A stretch of 34,285 bases of DNA, taken from Actinomycetes bacterium. GTDB lineage: Bacteria > Actinomycetota > Acidimicrobiia > Acidimicrobiales > JAJYPT01. Below are positions 15,668 to 25,771 of the stretch, piece by piece. The position numbers were made by a program, and so were the translations under genes. A model generated the notes under the pieces. That model was not told where the DNA came from, did not search any database, and saw only the letters and a program-made list of their open reading frames with translations. The number at the start of each line of letters is the position of its first letter. Position 1 is the stretch's first letter. Location: the NCBI GenBank assembly GCA_021795135.1, contig JAJYPT010000002.1, forward strand, positions 1 to 34,285, read 5' to 3'.

Positions 15668-16946
15668 ATTCTTTAAATATCTTAGATTTTAACAAAAAAG
15701 CATTAGCTGCTAAAGAATAAGTTATTTCGCTAGAGCTTATACTTTGAGGACGTAATAAATTAGCCATAACATTTACTACTTGGTTCATTATGTATCTATT
15801 GTTTATGGCTAATTTAGTAAGGCCTGACATTACTTTAGGATTTCCTATAGCTTTTACAAACGTTCTAGCCATTGAATAATAAAGCCCATAGTAATTTTGT
15901 AAAGCTTGTTCATATTCATACAAAGCATAATTTTTGTTAGTAGCTAGAGTTTTAGATAAGTAAAAAGCACTAAGACGTCCCGTTTCATATGCATAAGCTA
16001 TGCCTTCTCCGTTGAAAGGATTGGTCGTACCAGCTGCATCTCCTATGACTACAAAGTTTTCTCCTACTCTTGGACCCACAGACAAACCCATTGGTAAATG
16101 CCCACCTTTGGCAGCCCCACAAGAACTATCTGGGCTAATTTGCCAAAAAGAAGGTATTTGAGACAAGAATGCTTGCATTAGATGGGAAGTATTTAAATCT
16201 TTCCATCTTGAAGAAGTAGATAAAATTCCTACTCCAACATTTACTCGTCCGTCTCCCAGCGGAAACAGCCAGCCATATCCTGGTAATGAATTTCCATCTT
16301 TGTCTCTAAGATCTAAATGGGATTCAACCCAAGGTTCTTTATCTTGAGCCGAATTGAAGTATCCTCTAATTGCTATGCCGTGAGGAAAATTTTTATTTCT
16401 AGATATGCCTATTAATCTTCCAAAACGTGAATTTGCTCCTTCGGCTACAACCGTTAAACGTGCTGTAATATCTTGAAGACCTTCATCAGATCTAATAGTT
16501 GCTCCTTGTAGCTTGTTGTCGGAAAAAATAGGAGATATAGCTTCATGACCTTGCAAAACAACAGCTCCAGCTGCTTGAGCATTTTTAGCAACTAGTTCAT
16601 CTAGGTGACTTCGAGCTATAACGTATCCATAAGAGGGAAAGTCTTCATGATAAGGCCATGGTAGCTCTAAGGATTTTCCATGAGCTATTGTACGCAGACC
16701 GTTGAATCGGTGGAAACTAGATAGCTGACTAGAAAGACCCATATCTTCTAATTGGCGTACTGAACGAGGAGTTAGGCCATCTCCACAAGTTTTTTCTCGA
16801 GGAAAGCGTTTTTTTTCTACCACCACAACTTGGTATCCGGCTCGAGCTAGCCAATAAGCACAAGAAGCCCCAGAAGGACCTGCACCAATTATCAATACAT
16901 CTACGGGAAGATTATTTACTTTTGAGGCATATTTTTGAGCGCTCAT
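15660..16946 (-). CDS. geranylgeranyl reductase-family FAD-dependent oxidoreductase (possible menaquinone/isoprenoid side-chain reductase)
   Basis: DVLIIGAGPSGASCAYWLARAGYQVVVVEKKRFPREKTCGDGLTP and GDAAGTTNPFNGEGIAYA are typical of the family. The gene is divergent from nuoA. Confidence 0.75.
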   Translation of the reverse strand: MSAQKYASKVNNLPVDVLIIGAGPSGASCAYWLARAGYQVVVVEKKRFPREKTCGDGLTPRSVRQLEDMGLSSQLSSFHRFNGLRTIAHGKSLELPWPYHEDFPSYGYVIARSHLDELVAKNAQAAGAVVLQGHEAISPIFSDNKLQGATIRSDEGLQDITARLTVVAEGANSRFGRLIGISRNKNFPHGIAIRGYFNSAQDKEPWVESHLDLRDKDGNSLPGYGWLFPLGDGRVNVGVGILSTSSRWKDLNTSHLMQAFLSQIPSFWQISPDSSCGAAKGGHLPMGLSVGPRVGENFVVIGDAAGTTNPFNGEGIAYAYETGRLSAFYLSKTLATNKNYALYEYEQALQNYYGLYYSMARTFVKAIGNPKVMSGLTKLAINNRYIMNQVVNVMANLLRPQSISSSEITYSLAANAFLLKSKIFKEFN

Positions 16947-17122
16947 ATGAGCACTTTAGGCTATTGACAGAATTATTTCAGCTTTAGTGGTAAAAAAAGT
17001 AAATTTTTAGCCTCTGTGTAAACTTTAGCTTCTAATCGATATAATGTAATTTTGAACTTTCTAATTTTATAGTTACAGAAATTCCTAATATTTAGTAGTC
17101 TGTGGCTGGGGGACTTTATTAA

Positions 17123-17590
17123 ATGGCTAATTATTTTCCAATATTTGTTTTATTTGTCTTAGCTTTTCTTTTTGTGGCTCTTTCTTTTGTCGCGTCTAGC
17201 TTTTTAGGTTCACAACGACCAACTGGTGCAAAATCAGCTCCCTATGAATGTGGAATAATACCCAACCAACAACCAGCGGAACGTTTTCCGGTCAAATTCT
17301 ATTTAGTCGCTATGATTTTTATAATCTTTGATATAGAAATTGTATTTTTATATCCTTGGGCTGTTCAGTTTAGAACTTTGGGCTCTTTTGGTCTTTGGGA
17401 AATGGTAACTTTTGCTTTAGTAGTTTTTGTTGCTTTTGCCTATTTGATTTCCAAAGGTGCTCTAGATTGGGGTCCTGCTAGGAAGTTTAATTCCATTAGC
17501 AATACCGAATCTAGCACTACAGAATCAATTTCAACTACTCAGCCTCACGTGAAAATAGTTCGTCGTCTAGATGACAACAATGCTGCCTAA
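17123..17590 (+). CDS. nuoA: NADH-quinone oxidoreductase subunit A
   Basis: Three TM segments, with PYECG and FIIFDIEIVFLYPWA. It is the first gene of the 14-gene cluster and has a Ser/Thr-rich C-terminal tail of about 35 aa. Confidence 0.9.
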   Translation: MANYFPIFVLFVLAFLFVALSFVASSFLGSQRPTGAKSAPYECGIIPNQQPAERFPVKFYLVAMIFIIFDIEIVFLYPWAVQFRTLGSFGLWEMVTFALVVFVAFAYLISKGALDWGPARKFNSISNTESSTTESISTTQPHVKIVRRLDDNNAA

Positions 17591-17602
17591 TAAGGAGGTC
17601 TG

Positions 17603-18172
17603 ATGGGTTTAGAGCGTCTTAATCATAATTTTATAACCGGAAATATAGAGTCTTTAGTAGGTTGGGCTCGATCTAACAGTGTATGGCCTGCTACTTTTGG
17701 TCTAGCTTGTTGTGCAATAGAAATGATGGCTGCAGGAGCAGCTGATTTTGATATAAGTCGTTTTGGCATGGAAGTTTTTAGAGCCTCTCCTCGCCAAGCT
17801 GATTTGATGATTGTAGCTGGAAGAGTTTCTCAAAAGATGGCACCTGTTTTGAGGCAAGTTTATGATCAGATGATGGAACCTAAGTGGGTAATTTCTATGG
17901 GAGTTTGTGCTTCTACGGGTGGAATGTTTAACAATTACGCAATTGTTCAAGGGGTAGACCAAGTAGTTCCAGTAGATGTTTATGCCCCAGGGTGTCCTCC
18001 TGGTCCTGAAACTTTGTTGCATGCTATCTTGACTCTTCATTCTAAGATAAAAACTGGTGAGATGGCCAAACGCCGAGGAGATAAAGGCAAAGGAGCTGGG
18101 CTACATCTTTCAAATAGCCTCCCTGGACATCCTAATGAAGCTTTAGATGTCAAACTAGGAGTACCCCGTTGA
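17603..18172 (+). CDS. nuoB: NADH-quinone oxidoreductase subunit B
   Basis: The N2 cluster cysteines are present: [18 protein letters not shown] and APGCPPGPE. Confidence 0.95.
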   Translation: MGLERLNHNFITGNIESLVGWARSNSVWPATFGLACCAIEMMAAGAADFDISRFGMEVFRASPRQADLMIVAGRVSQKMAPVLRQVYDQMMEPKWVISMGVCASTGGMFNNYAIVQGVDQVVPVDVYAPGCPPGPETLLHAILTLHSKIKTGEMAKRRGDKGKGAGLHLSNSLPGHPNEALDVKLGVPR

Positions 18173-18705
18173 GCTCTATAGAAAATGATAAAGACAACAA
18201 TTCATCTTTTGACAAAATTGATTCAGATGAAAATATTTTAGAGCAAGTTTCTTCTATACAAAAACCCCCCATAGAAGTACTTTTTCCTACCAGAGAACAA
18301 TATTTAGATACAATAGCCCAACTGCATAAAAACGGCTATGAAATGTGCATCGATCTATGTGTAGTTGATTATTTGACTCATCCAGGCAGATTTACACCTC
18401 AAAATATTGCCCCACAACGTTTTGAGGTAGTGGTAAATTTATTGTCTTTGAAGATGCATAAAAGAATAAGAATCAAAGTACAAGTTCCACAAGATGATCC
18501 TACAATAGAATCAATTTTTACTATTTATCCTGGAGTAGAAGCAATGGAGCGAGAAGCATATGATTTGTTTGGGATAACTTTTTTAAATCATCCTGATATG
18601 ACTCGCATTTTGATGCCCGAAGATTGGGAGGGACATCCATTGAGAAAAGACTATCAAGTAGGCAATATTCCCGTTAATTTCAAAGAGGCTCCAAAAACCC
18701 GGTGA
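18169..18705 (+). CDS. nuoC: NADH-quinone oxidoreductase subunit C
   Basis: 30-kDa subunit motif [39 protein letters not shown] start overlapping the nuoB stop. The protein is short (178 aa), so the start is uncertain. Confidence 0.85.
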   Translation: MSSIENDKDNNSSFDKIDSDENILEQVSSIQKPPIEVLFPTREQYLDTIAQLHKNGYEMCIDLCVVDYLTHPGRFTPQNIAPQRFEVVVNLLSLKMHKRIRIKVQVPQDDPTIESIFTIYPGVEAMEREAYDLFGITFLNHPDMTRILMPEDWEGHPLRKDYQVGNIPVNFKEAPKTR

Positions 18706-20036
18706 AAAAGATTATTCCACTCAATAGCAGTTCTACCTCCGAAGGCCCCCAGGAGATGGCACCTAGGTCTTCTACTTTAAATCAAGAGTTGAATTTAGAA
18801 CAAGGATCTATCTTGCGAATACCAGAAGGTGCAGTTTTAGATTCTAATGATTTTGATTTTGAGCCTAGTGACGATGGAACCATGATTATAAATATGGGTC
18901 CTCAGCATCCTTCTACTCATGGAGTTCTAAGACTTATGATGGAGCTTTCTGGAGAAACGGTTCTTAGAACAAAACCAGTGGTCGGTTATTTGCATACGGG
19001 TATGGAAAAAACTGCTGAGACTTTAACTTATGCCCAAGGTTCTACCAATGTAACTCGTATGGATTATCTATCTCCATTGAATAATGAACTAGCTTTTTCT
19101 TTGACAACCGAAGCTATTTTGGGGATTGAATTGCCTCCTAGGGCAAGTTGGATCCGAATGTTGATGTCGGAGTTAAATAGGCTTTCTTCCCATCTTTTAT
19201 GGATGGCAACAAATGGCATGGATTTAGGTGCTGTTTCAATGATGATTTATGGATGGCGAGAAAGAGAATTGGTTCTGGCTTTTCTTGAAAAAGTTACTGG
19301 TCTTAGGATGAATCATAATTATATTCGTCCCGGAGGAGTTGCGGCAGATTTGCCAGATGGATGGCAAAAAGATATCGAAGATCTATGTTTCGCTATTGAA
19401 CCTAGATTGAATGAATACGATACTTTGTTGACTGGTCAGCCTATTTTTAGAGAAAGAAGTGAAGGCATTGGACGCATAAGCGCTCAAGAAGCTATCGCTT
19501 TAGGGGTAACTGGACCGATATTGAGATCTACTGGGGTAGCTTGGGATCTTAGAAAAGACATGCCTTATCTATTTTATGATCAGGTAGATTTTGATGTAGT
19601 AGTAGGATCTCAAGGCGATGTATTTGACCGCTATGGAGTCCGTCTAGAAGAGATGAGACAATCCATTCGCATTATTCGTCAAATTTTAGACTTGATGCCA
19701 AAAGGTGATTATCGCATACAAGATAAAAAAGTAACTCCTCCTCCAAGGGCGCGAATAGATGAGTCAATGGAAGCTCTTATTCATCATTTTAAAATCTTTA
19801 CAGAAGGTTTCAAAGTACCAGAAGGAGAAGCTTATGTGGGCATTGAATCTCCTAGAGGAGAAATTGGATGTTATCTGGTCTCAGATGGATCTTCTAAACC
19901 CTATAGATTACATGTAAGGGGTCCTTCATTTGTCAATCTTCAAGCTTTGCCTACCATGATGCGTGGTGGCCTTATCGCTGATGCTGTAGCTGTAATTTCT
20001 TCTGTAGATCCAGTAATGGGAGAGGTAGATCGTTAA
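18702..20036 (+). CDS. nuoD: NADH-quinone oxidoreductase subunit D
   Basis: 49-kDa subunit motifs NMGPQHPSTHGVLRL, HNYIRPGGVA and ESPRGEIGCYL. The GTG start overlaps the nuoC stop. Confidence 0.93.
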   Translation: MKKIIPLNSSSTSEGPQEMAPRSSTLNQELNLEQGSILRIPEGAVLDSNDFDFEPSDDGTMIINMGPQHPSTHGVLRLMMELSGETVLRTKPVVGYLHTGMEKTAETLTYAQGSTNVTRMDYLSPLNNELAFSLTTEAILGIELPPRASWIRMLMSELNRLSSHLLWMATNGMDLGAVSMMIYGWRERELVLAFLEKVTGLRMNHNYIRPGGVAADLPDGWQKDIEDLCFAIEPRLNEYDTLLTGQPIFRERSEGIGRISAQEAIALGVTGPILRSTGVAWDLRKDMPYLFYDQVDFDVVVGSQGDVFDRYGVRLEEMRQSIRIIRQILDLMPKGDYRIQDKKVTPPPRARIDESMEALIHHFKIFTEGFKVPEGEAYVGIESPRGEIGCYLVSDGSSKPYRLHVRGPSFVNLQALPTMMRGGLIADAVAVISSVDPVMGEVDR

Positions 20037-20037
20037 T

Positions 20038-20688
20038 ATGGCACGTTTTAGTGATGAAAACTTAGCTATAGCAACCCAAATAATTTCTCTTTACCCCCAA
20101 AGTCGTTCTGCTTTGGTTCCGCTTTGCCATCTTGCACAATCTCAAGATGGCTGGTTGACTCCTGATGCGATGGAAAATATTGCAGAACTCTTGGGGCTCC
20201 AAGCTGCAGAAGTTCTTGGAACTGCTAGTTTTTATGACATGTTACATACAGAACCAGTTGGCAAATATCTAATTGGAATTTGTACCAATATCGCTTGTAT
20301 GTTGAATGGAGCTCAAGAGGTATTAGAATATGCTGAAGAAAGTTTAGGTATATCTGTAGGTAATACCACCGAAGATAATCTTTTTACCTTAGAAGAAACT
20401 GAATGTTTAGCAGATTGTGGAAAAGCTCCTTGCTTGCAGGTAAATTATCGTTTTTTTGGTCCTATTTCAAATGAAGACTTTGATGAGCTTATAACTAATT
20501 TGAAATCTGGATCTCTTGGAAGCCAAATCCCAGACCATGGGACGATAAATAGAGTATTGAGAAAACAAGGATTAGCAGTTTCAATGAGTGAGATTTCTTC
20601 TCAAAGAGCCGAAGCTGATAAACAAATTGCAAAAAGAAAAGCTGCCCAGGCTGCTTTGGATGCCTCTCAAAAAGGAGAAGGCAAATGA
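20038..20688 (+). CDS. nuoE: NADH-quinone oxidoreductase subunit E
   Basis: 2Fe-2S cysteines are present: CTNIAC and CLADCGKAPC. Confidence 0.92.
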   Translation: MARFSDENLAIATQIISLYPQSRSALVPLCHLAQSQDGWLTPDAMENIAELLGLQAAEVLGTASFYDMLHTEPVGKYLIGICTNIACMLNGAQEVLEYAEESLGISVGNTTEDNLFTLEETECLADCGKAPCLQVNYRFFGPISNEDFDELITNLKSGSLGSQIPDHGTINRVLRKQGLAVSMSEISSQRAEADKQIAKRKAAQAALDASQKGEGK

Positions 20689-21989
20689 CTTTGAGCCAAC
20701 CTGTAAATATAGTTAGTTCCCGCTTTGGTCTGGAAAATTCCTTCACTCTTGATACTTACCTCAAAACTGGAGGATATAAGGGTCTAAGAAAAGCCCTTAG
20801 CATGGATCCCGAACAAGTTACCCAACAAGTTCTTACTGCTAACTTGTTGGGAAGAGGCGGTGCTGGGTTTGAAGCTGGCAGAAAATGGTCAATGCTCAAA
20901 CCTAATCCAGTTAGATATTTAGTTGTAAATGGCGACGAAAGTGAGCCGGCCACCTTTAAAGATCATTATCTTATAGAAAAAGATCCTCATCAACTTATAG
21001 AAGGTACTTTGATTGCTGCATATGCAAATCAAGTCAACCAAGCCTTTATCTATATAAGAGGAGAATTTGCTCTTGGTCTTGAAAGGGTTCAGCAAGCATT
21101 GAATGAGGCTTATGATTATGGAGCTGTTGGTAGAAATATTTTAGGATCTCAATTCTCTATTGATATAGTTGTCCATCCTGGAGCAGGAGCCTATATTTGT
21201 GGAGAAGAAACAGCCCTGATTGAAAGCCTAGAAGGAAAAAGAGGCTTCCCAAGGATCAAGCCACCTTATTTTCCAGCTGTCATAGGTCTTTATGGCGAAC
21301 CCACAATTGTAAATAATGTAGAAACAGTTTCTAATTTACCTTGGATTATAAATAATGGAGGATCTTCTTTTGCCTCTTATGGAAAAGGTAGATCTACAGG
21401 AACTCGTTTGTTTGCTCTTTCTGGGAGAGTACGCCAACCAGGTTTTTATGAATTAGAGATGCATACTAATACTTTTAGAGATTTGATATATGCACCTTTG
21501 TTAGGTGGGGGAATTCCACATGGTAATGAGTTGACAGCATTTATTCCAGGAGGAGCTTCTTCTCCTTGGTTTGGTCCAGATCATCTTGATTTGGCTCTTG
21601 ACCAAGATGAAGTTGCAAAAGCGGGATCGATGCTAGGTTCTGGATCTGTTATTGTTATGGATTCAACTACTTGTCCTGTAAGAGCATCTTGGAGACTGGT
21701 ACGTTTTTTTGCTCGTGAATCATGTGGCCAATGCACACCTTGTAGAGAAGGAAGCGGCTGGCTTGAAAAAATTATGAGCCGAATAGAACAAGGACGAGGT
21801 AGAGAAGAAGATCTAGAGTTATTACTAGATGTTAGTGATAACATATCTCCTAGCTTGTCTTGGCCCCCTCAACAAACAACCATTTGTGTTTTGGGTCCTT
21901 CGATACCACCATCTATTCTTTCTGCCTTACAACTTTTTAGAGATAGCTTCTTGTTGCATATCAAGGAAGGCGCCTGTCCTTATGGCTGA
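20685..21989 (+). CDS. nuoF: NADH-quinone oxidoreductase subunit F
   Basis: FMN/NADH motifs GRGGAGFEAGRKW and GAGAYICGEETALIESLEG, plus the 4Fe-4S motif ESCGQCTPCREG. Confidence 0.95.
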   Translation: MTLSQPVNIVSSRFGLENSFTLDTYLKTGGYKGLRKALSMDPEQVTQQVLTANLLGRGGAGFEAGRKWSMLKPNPVRYLVVNGDESEPATFKDHYLIEKDPHQLIEGTLIAAYANQVNQAFIYIRGEFALGLERVQQALNEAYDYGAVGRNILGSQFSIDIVVHPGAGAYICGEETALIESLEGKRGFPRIKPPYFPAVIGLYGEPTIVNNVETVSNLPWIINNGGSSFASYGKGRSTGTRLFALSGRVRQPGFYELEMHTNTFRDLIYAPLLGGGIPHGNELTAFIPGGASSPWFGPDHLDLALDQDEVAKAGSMLGSGSVIVMDSTTCPVRASWRLVRFFARESCGQCTPCREGSGWLEKIMSRIEQGRGREEDLELLLDVSDNISPSLSWPPQQTTICVLGPSIPPSILSALQLFRDSFLLHIKEGACPYG

Positions 21990-24525
21990 CATTTCAACAA
22001 CTACCCCAATTGACCACATTCAAGATCTTAATGCTGTAACCATCACCTTAGATGGAGTACCCACCAAAGCCATCAAAGGTGAGATGTTGATACAAACAGC
22101 TGAAAGAGCAGGTAATTATATACCTCGTTTTTGCTATCACCCTCGAATGAAACCAGTAGGTATGTGTCGAATGTGTTTAGTAGAGGTAAAAGGTCCAAGA
22201 GGATTTACCTTGCAGCCTGCTTGTTATATAGCAGCATCTGAGGGTCAAGAGGTTATTACTAATTCAGATAAGGTAAAAAAGGCTCAAGAGGGTGTTTTAG
22301 AATTTCTCTTGGTAAATCATCCTCTAGATTGTCCGGTATGTGACAAAGGAGGAGAGTGTCCCCTCCAGGATCAAACTATGTCATTTGGTCCAGGAGAGTC
22401 ACGTTTTGTAGAGGAAAAACGTCACTGGGAAAAACCTATTGCTATTAGCAAACTTGTGTTTTTAGATCGAGAACGTTGTATCCAATGCGGCCGCTGTACT
22501 CGTTTTGCACAAGAAGTGGGAGGTGATCCTCTTATTGATTTTGTTGGAAGAGGAGACCACATAGAAGTAAGTACTTTCCCACATGATCCTTTTACTTCTT
22601 ATTTTAGCGGCAATACTGTACAAATTTGTCCTGTTGGTGCCCTAACATCAAAATCATATCGTTTCAAAGCTAGACCGTGGGATCTTAGCGAAGTAGAGAC
22701 AACTTGCAAAGCTTGTTCTGTTGGCTGTCGTATGTCTATTCAGTCTTCTGTAAATGCAGTTATTAGAAATATTGGAATAGATTCAGATCCAGTAAATCAA
22801 TCTTGGTTGTGTGACAAGGGCCGTTACAATTTTGATTACTTAAATTCTCCTGAACGTTTGAGACATCCATTAGTAAAAAAGAATGGCCAATTTGTAGAAG
22901 CAAGTTGGGGAGAGGCCTTTTCAGTAGTAGCTGAAGGAATCAAAAAATCAATTTCTTTAGGATCAGACAAAGTAGCAGTCTTGGGTGGAGCCCAATTAGC
23001 TAATGAAGATATCTATGCTTGGGCAAAACTTGCCAAATCAGTTATAGGGACTGATTCTTTAGATGCCCAAATGGGAGATGGATTACCAGCAAAAGCTCTT
23101 TTGTCTTTACCTAGAGCCACTATAGATGAAGCTTGTAGCGCTGATTTAGTAATTTTGTTGACCCCAGATATAAAAGAAGAGCTTCCTGTTTTATATCTGC
23201 GCTTAAATCAAGCTGCAACTAAGGGCCATGTTCCAATAATAGAGATTTCTTCTCGTCCAAGTGGAATGACTCCTTATGTAAAATCTTTATTGAACTATCT
23301 TCCTGGAGAAGCAGCAGTAGTAGCTAAAGCTTTGGTGAATCAAAGTGAAAGATTTCCCTATGAAGATAGTTCATCTCAGCAGGCTTTGGAGTTTAGTCGT
23401 TCTTTATTGGATTCAGTTAAATCTAAAAATATTGTAGTTATTATAGGAAGACCTTCTCTTGCTGAATCAGCAGAGGGAATAGTTGAAGCTGCATATACTT
23501 TTATGGATGCTTTCCCCCAAGCCAAGTTTCTCCCAGCTCTAAGGAGAGCTAATGTAATGGGTGCTTTGGAAATGGGATTTAGTCCAGGTTTGTTGCCTGG
23601 AAGAGTCGCCTTAGACCAAGGCAGAGCTTGGTACGAAAAGAATTGGCAGTCTTTGCCAGCTGTAGAGGGTAAAGATGCAAGAGGTATTCTTTCTCAAGCC
23701 CAAAATGGCGACCTCGAAACCCTTATATTGCTAGGCTCAGATCCTCTTGTTGATTTTCCTGATGCTCAATTAGCTAAACAAGCTTTTGAAAAGGTTCCTT
23801 TTATAGTTGCAGTAGATATCTTTTTAAATGAATCTTCTAAATTTGCCGACGTCATTTTACCTGCTGCAGGATTTGGCGAAAGGTCTGGAACTACAACCAA
23901 TATAGAAGGTCGCATATCTCGTTTGGCTCAAAAAGTAGTTCCTCCTGGTATTGCGCGTCCAGATTGGATGATTGCTAGTCAACTAAGTGAGTATTTAGGA
24001 AAAGATTTAGGTTTTGATTCTTTGGAATCTATATGGAATGAAATAGAAAAGCTAGCTCCATTATATGAAGGCATATCTCTATCTTTGTTGAGTTCAAATG
24101 AAAATAAAGATGGCATTATTGCCCCATTGGCAAGTATTAGCGGACAAAGACCAGCTATTCTAGAACCAGATACAACCAGGTCATCAACTAGGCGTATCCC
24201 ATTTGATGCATATTCATTGCGTCTGATTTCAAATAGAAATCTATACGACCAAGGAACTTTGACTCAACATTGTCAATTTCTTGCTAACTTAGGAGATCAA
24301 GGAGCACTACAAGTAAATCCTTATGATCTAAAGAGTTTAGGTATTTTGTCTGGAGGACAAGTAAGAGTTAGATCTTCTCGTTCTTCAGTGGTACTAAATG
24401 CTGTACCCAACCAATCTATCCCAAGAGGATCTGCTTGGTTAGGTTTCAATTTAACTGGGTCAAAAGCATCTGAACTTATAGGTGCTTTTAGTGACATTAT
24501 CGAGATAAGACTGGAGACACCTTGA
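21982..24525 (+). CDS. nuoG: NADH-quinone oxidoreductase subunit G
   Basis: Fe-S motifs CYHPRMKPVGMCRMCLVEV, HPLDCPVCDKGGECPLQD, CIQCGRCTRF and CPVGAL, followed by a molybdopterin-oxidoreductase-like domain. I prefer the ATG at 21982 (MADISTT), which overlaps the nuoF stop by 8 nt. The track start at 21829 lies inside nuoF. Confidence 0.93.
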   Translation: MADISTTTPIDHIQDLNAVTITLDGVPTKAIKGEMLIQTAERAGNYIPRFCYHPRMKPVGMCRMCLVEVKGPRGFTLQPACYIAASEGQEVITNSDKVKKAQEGVLEFLLVNHPLDCPVCDKGGECPLQDQTMSFGPGESRFVEEKRHWEKPIAISKLVFLDRERCIQCGRCTRFAQEVGGDPLIDFVGRGDHIEVSTFPHDPFTSYFSGNTVQICPVGALTSKSYRFKARPWDLSEVETTCKACSVGCRMSIQSSVNAVIRNIGIDSDPVNQSWLCDKGRYNFDYLNSPERLRHPLVKKNGQFVEASWGEAFSVVAEGIKKSISLGSDKVAVLGGAQLANEDIYAWAKLAKSVIGTDSLDAQMGDGLPAKALLSLPRATIDEACSADLVILLTPDIKEELPVLYLRLNQAATKGHVPIIEISSRPSGMTPYVKSLLNYLPGEAAVVAKALVNQSERFPYEDSSSQQALEFSRSLLDSVKSKNIVVIIGRPSLAESAEGIVEAAYTFMDAFPQAKFLPALRRANVMGALEMGFSPGLLPGRVALDQGRAWYEKNWQSLPAVEGKDARGILSQAQNGDLETLILLGSDPLVDFPDAQLAKQAFEKVPFIVAVDIFLNESSKFADVILPAAGFGERSGTTTNIEGRISRLAQKVVPPGIARPDWMIASQLSEYLGKDLGFDSLESIWNEIEKLAPLYEGISLSLLSSNENKDGIIAPLASISGQRPAILEPDTTRSSTRRIPFDAYSLRLISNRNLYDQGTLTQHCQFLANLGDQGALQVNPYDLKSLGILSGGQVRVRSSRSSVVLNAVPNQSIPRGSAWLGFNLTGSKASELIGAFSDIIEIRLETP

Positions 24526-25754
24526 GATTTGTGGGAGCAACTACAGGAGACCCGCTTTTTTCTAATGGTATAGGTCTTGGTGTTTTTATAATAGTTTTAG
24601 TCAAAGCAATTGTTGTTTTTGCTTTTTTATTGGTATCTGTAATGCTCATGGTATGGTTTGAGCGCAAAGTTATCTCTGATATGCAAAATCGCATTGGTCC
24701 TAATAGAGCTGGAAAGTGGGGCCTTTTGCAAACTCTAGCTGATGGAATAAAACTATTTTTCAAAGAAGATCTATTTCCAACTAGAGCCGACAAGATGGTT
24801 TTCCGATTGGCACCTTATTTATCTGCGATCCCTGCCTTTTTGGCATTTTCTATTGTGCCAATTGGTGGAGTTGTTAAAGTTTTTGGACATACCACAGAAC
24901 TACAACTTGCTGATCCACCTATGGGAATATTGTTTCTATTGGCTATATCTTCGATCTCTGTTTATGGAGTTATGCTTGCGGGTTGGTCTTCTGGGTCTAA
25001 GTACCCTCTTTTGGGAGCTGTAAGAGCATCAGCTCAAATGATTTCTTATGAAGCTGCGATGGGACTAACTGTGGCAATGGTTGTTTTGTCTACGGGATCT
25101 TTGTCAACTCGCCAAATTGTAAATTCACAAGCAGGAGTTATTTTTGGGTTCTTGCCTAATTGGAATATATTTAGGCTGGAATTTATACCCTTTTTTATCT
25201 TTTTGATAGCTGTTACTGCTGAATTAAATAGACCACCATTTGATTTAGCAGAAGCAGAACAAGAACTTGTTGGAGGATTTCATACGGAGTATTCCTCTTT
25301 GAGATTTGCGCTTTTTTTCTTAGCAGAGTTTATGAATACAGTAACTATGTCTGCAGTTATTGTTACTTTGTTCTTAGGAGGTCCAGATGGGCCTGATCCT
25401 GCTTTTTTGCATTGGCTATGGCCAATTGTTTGGTTTGGTGTAAAAACTTTAGTATTTCTATTTATATATGTATGGTTTAGGGCGACTTTACCCCGTTTGC
25501 GTTATGACCAATTGATGGAGTTGGGGTGGAAAGTTCTTATTCCGCTATCTTTAATATTTCTATTGCTATTAGCTGGAGCGATGATTGGCTTTACTGAAGG
25601 CATAGCAATTTTAGTAGGAGCAATAGTAATAGTGGCTGTTTTATATAGGGCTATTCAGGTAGGAAAATCTAACCCTGAACATATTGTTACGTCTCCATCT
25701 AACAAAGCACTAGTTGAACTTAGCCAGCCAACACAAGAGACTAATAATACATAA
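24522..25754 (+). CDS. nuoH: NADH-quinone oxidoreductase subunit H
   Basis: WFERKVISDMQNRIGPNRAGKWGLLQTLADGIKL and PFDLAEAEQELVGGFHTEYS are present. The TTG start overlaps the nuoG stop. An alternative GTG lies at 24531. Confidence 0.93.
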   Translation: MRFVGATTGDPLFSNGIGLGVFIIVLVKAIVVFAFLLVSVMLMVWFERKVISDMQNRIGPNRAGKWGLLQTLADGIKLFFKEDLFPTRADKMVFRLAPYLSAIPAFLAFSIVPIGGVVKVFGHTTELQLADPPMGILFLLAISSISVYGVMLAGWSSGSKYPLLGAVRASAQMISYEAAMGLTVAMVVLSTGSLSTRQIVNSQAGVIFGFLPNWNIFRLEFIPFFIFLIAVTAELNRPPFDLAEAEQELVGGFHTEYSSLRFALFFLAEFMNTVTMSAVIVTLFLGGPDGPDPAFLHWLWPIVWFGVKTLVFLFIYVWFRATLPRLRYDQLMELGWKVLIPLSLIFLLLLAGAMIGFTEGIAILVGAIVIVAVLYRAIQVGKSNPEHIVTSPSNKALVELSQPTQETNNT

Positions 25755-25771
25755 AGAAAAGGAGGGTTGTT

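Noticed and set aside
16941-16952. Perfect 12-bp palindrome GCTCATATGAGC spanning the start codon of the geranylgeranyl-reductase gene.
   Set aside because: A single short palindrome centred on CATATG can arise by chance from the ATG-AGC start context. There is no second copy or extended symmetry, so it is not enough to call an operator.
16947-17122. I searched the nuoA upstream region for a Rex operator, since nuo is Rex-regulated in Streptomyces.
   Set aside because: Nothing resembles TTGTGAA-N4-TTCACAA. The closest string (TGTGTAAACTTTAGC) breaks both half-sites, so no Rex site is claimed here.
17702-18040. 112-aa ORF antisense to nuoB. Similar antisense ORFs lie at 14947-15252 (hemL), 24497-24793 (nuoG/H), 27032-27352 (nuoK), 6197-6463 (amine oxidase), 21581-21844 (nuoF) and 20495-20746.
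   Set aside because: Each lies entirely opposite a strongly supported, motif-rich gene. They have low-complexity or biased composition (Ser/Pro/Thr/Arg-rich), no RBS that I could see and no recognisable family motifs. These are typical shadow ORFs.
21829-21981. 51-codon N-terminal extension of nuoG in the ORF track (MLVITYLLACLG...).
   Set aside because: It lies wholly within the well-conserved 3' end of nuoF in another frame. The ATG at 21982 gives a canonical NuoG N-terminus and the ATG/TGA coupling pattern seen throughout the operon.
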